Positions 61,441 through 64,000 of a stretch of 64,000 nucleotides of DNA are shown piece by piece. The notes under the pieces are model-generated. The model made no database searches. It was not told the origin of the DNA and worked only from the letters and a program-made list of their open reading frames with translations. The stretch is taken from positions 10,664,001-10,728,000 of the forward strand of contig CM052821.1 in the NCBI GenBank assembly GCA_028534125.1, in the 5' to 3' direction. Every line of letters begins with the position of its first letter. The stretch's first letter is position 1. The position numbers and the translations under genes were made by a program. Source of the DNA: Lama glama. Taxonomy: Eukaryota.

Positions 61441-63104
61441 TGAAACAAATATTTTAATGAGGTCCTCTAGTCATTCTTGTCATTGGTTTTAGCTATTATA
61501 ATAAGGAAGCGTATGCAGGGCTCCTAACCATTTACAGAGTGCTTTCATATATATTACTTTATTTAATCCTCATCGAGAAAGCCCCGTGTTACAGATAAAG
61601 GAACTGAGCATCAGAAACTTCTTGTGAGAGCTTCACGAAATCATCTCTGTATTCTCCCCGCCTTGCCCCGTGAAAGAGAAGAGAGGCAGGCAAGGCTGAG
61701 GGACTGACCTGCCCCACACTGCAAACCTAGAGTTGCACGGGCAGGACTGAGACTCAGAGCTCAGCACTTCTTACTACTTTGCAGCTATCAAGTACCACAA
61801 CACACACTCAGACCTTAGACCAGGATTAGCCATCATTTAATTACCCTTCGATGATTCGCAAGTCACATACTCCTACAGCGCCTTAGGCTAACTTTCATAC
61901 CTGCCATTTATCATCTGGTAGGTAAAGGAAATAACAGTTGGAAAAAATGTTAATCAAATCCTGGAAGAGGGAGACTATTCTGCTGTAAATTCCGACATGT
62001 TGCTTTTATCAGTGGTGCTATTTAACCTAATAGATAAAATTATACAGACGTTTAGATTAAACATGACAATGAAAAAGATGTTATCAAGATATCTACACTG
62101 TTTATTTTGGTGGCAAACCTTACTCCAAATATGAAATTTTGTATATTGTTATTTTGAGCCCTTCAAAATCTTTTATTTTTATCCTCAGTATTCTTTTCCC
62201 AGCTTTAATTTCAGCCTTTAAAGTGAAAATCCTGGAGAGCTAAAGACATTTGCTCTAACAGGTGAAGAAGAGACATGTTACTGGCAGCAGAAATGGTTTC
62301 CTGGAATGAGTTATTGATCTTCTAGGTTTTAGTCACTGTGAAGTATTTTTTGACATTTGCTGGATTTGGTTTTCTTTTTAAAGTGCAAGAAGTTATACTA
62401 ATTAAAAGCAATAGTGGCATAAGAATGAAGAAAAACAGAAGTGCTAAGAGCAAGAATGGAATCCTAGAGGGCTGGTGTCTGAGAAGGGCTACATGGTCTA
62501 AATGGACCTACTGGGGTCATGCAGAAAATCTGCTATCAGTGGCAGCTGTGGGAATACGTCCTGACCAGGGCCACGTCGTGACTGGATCTTTAGGCAGCCT
62601 GTACTGGCCTATTTCTATTATGTGAGTGTTGAATCTAATTCTGGGTGATCATGTGTAGAGAGATGTGTGACAGCGGGGAGATGACAAAGGTGTCATCTGG
62701 GAAGGACACCTGGCCATCTGACAAAGCCTGAAAGGTGATTAGATAGCTGATTGTGGCTTATCACTCAAGCCTTCAGGAGCAGTCCTTTGGGACAAGTAGA
62801 CACAGTTTATGACCCCTCAATCTGCACTCAGCTCTCCATCTCTTTTCTGATCTGTTGCATGGCCCCACTCATCACTAAATTAAAATTGGGATGCCAGTTG
62901 ATTCTTAAAGCTTAGCCAAAGGAAAATGTTTTAAGCAGTGATCCTCACACGGATTCCCATGGGCATGATTCCTAGCAAGTGAATCTTCTCCTGCGAGTTA
63001 TCCATCCTCTGTGAGTGCTCAGTTTGGTAGATTAGAACCTCACGCGCATGTAAGCAGACAAGCATACGGGCTTCATTTTAGGGAGAACAAATTTACTCCT
63101 CAAT

Positions 63105-63720
63105 TCTTTAGTCAGTATTATTTTTACTGAGCACCTGCTGTATGTCATGGATTGATGATTCAAAGATGAGTAAGGCTGACTTTCTGCTTTTATAATTGGG
63201 GAAATTGACAATTAAGCAGGTGATCATCAAAAAACAATATGCGCTAAGACAGGATGGGGTGAGCACAAAGTTCTACACGACAATTTTTGATAGGCTCCCC
63301 ACCTACTCTATGATGTGAAGTCACTTGACTCCTTTGGATGAGAGAAAGTTCTGGGGAAGAAGATAACTAAGCAGAGCACTGAAGGACAAATAAGGGTTAG
63401 CAAGAATAAGGGAACAGAAGGGAAGAATGGATTCCAGGTAGAGGGGCTAAAATATGCAAAGGTCAGGACACAAAAGAGAGCAGGATAGATTTTGGGGAGA
63501 GCAAGAAGGGGGTATGGCTAGAGCTAAGGAAAGGCCAGATCATGAAGGTCCCCAATGCCATTTCAAGACGTTTCGATTTTATGCTAAGGTTTAAGACAAT
63601 ATTGAAGGGTTTTAAATAGATGTAACATGACTGAGTATAGAGAGAGTGGATTGGCACGCAGGTGAGTCTGGAAGCAAGGATTCTAGCCAAAAGCCTATTG
63701 TGAAAACGCAAGCTGAGGAA
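63105..63720 (-). mobile_element. L2 LINE fragment
   Basis: tttttactgagcacctgctgtatgtca...ggccagatcatgaagg...attgaagggttttaa. Confidence 0.7.
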
Positions 63721-64000
63721 GCATGGGCCCCAACATGGTGCCCCTTCTTCCCGCTCTATGCTGTGGATGAAAGGTTTGCTGAGAAAGGAGAGATGGGGGG
63801 TGGAGGAATTTGGAATCCATCTGTGCTCTCCACCCTTGTAAGAATTGTTAAATCATGTCATCTTCATTTTTAAAGAATCACATACGCACAATGCTGTGGT
63901 CTAAATAATGTAATTTGATATAGGGGAAAAGTCATGCTACTCAACACGGAAACACTGAGTACTGACCCCCGAACACCTAAAAGATGGGTGAAACAATGTA

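Overview
Mammalian genomic DNA, most likely from a camelid (camel or alpaca). The evidence is five Vic-1-type tRNA-derived SINEs plus cetartiodactyl/camelid-type L1 3' ends. The only recognisable protein-coding sequence is the first coding exon of ANO6 (TMEM16F, Ca2+-activated phospholipid scramblase). It lies on the minus strand at 21341-21269 (MQMMTRDVLLEMELEDDEDEDGDI, phase-1 GTAAGC donor) inside a CpG-island promoter. Bases 1-21268 are ANO6 intron 1. From about 22 kb to 64 kb is upstream intergenic DNA (DBX2 side in other mammals), full of L1, L2, MIR, MaLR/ERV LTRs and hAT DNA transposons, with one 500-N scaffold gap. The other ORFs in the track are repeat-derived or chance ORFs. I found no convincing new coding system. 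The most interesting signals are non-coding: a dense POU-octamer cluster with a CRE (50.5 kb); two pairs of 43-53 bp non-tandem direct repeats, one pair enclosing a CTCF-like site; an isolated L1 ORF1 fragment with target-site duplications; a CpG-rich old MaLR-like LTR; and a MER41-like LTR nested 3.4 kb upstream of ANO6. Repeat family names were assigned from memory of consensus sequences and boundaries are approximate unless a TSD is given.
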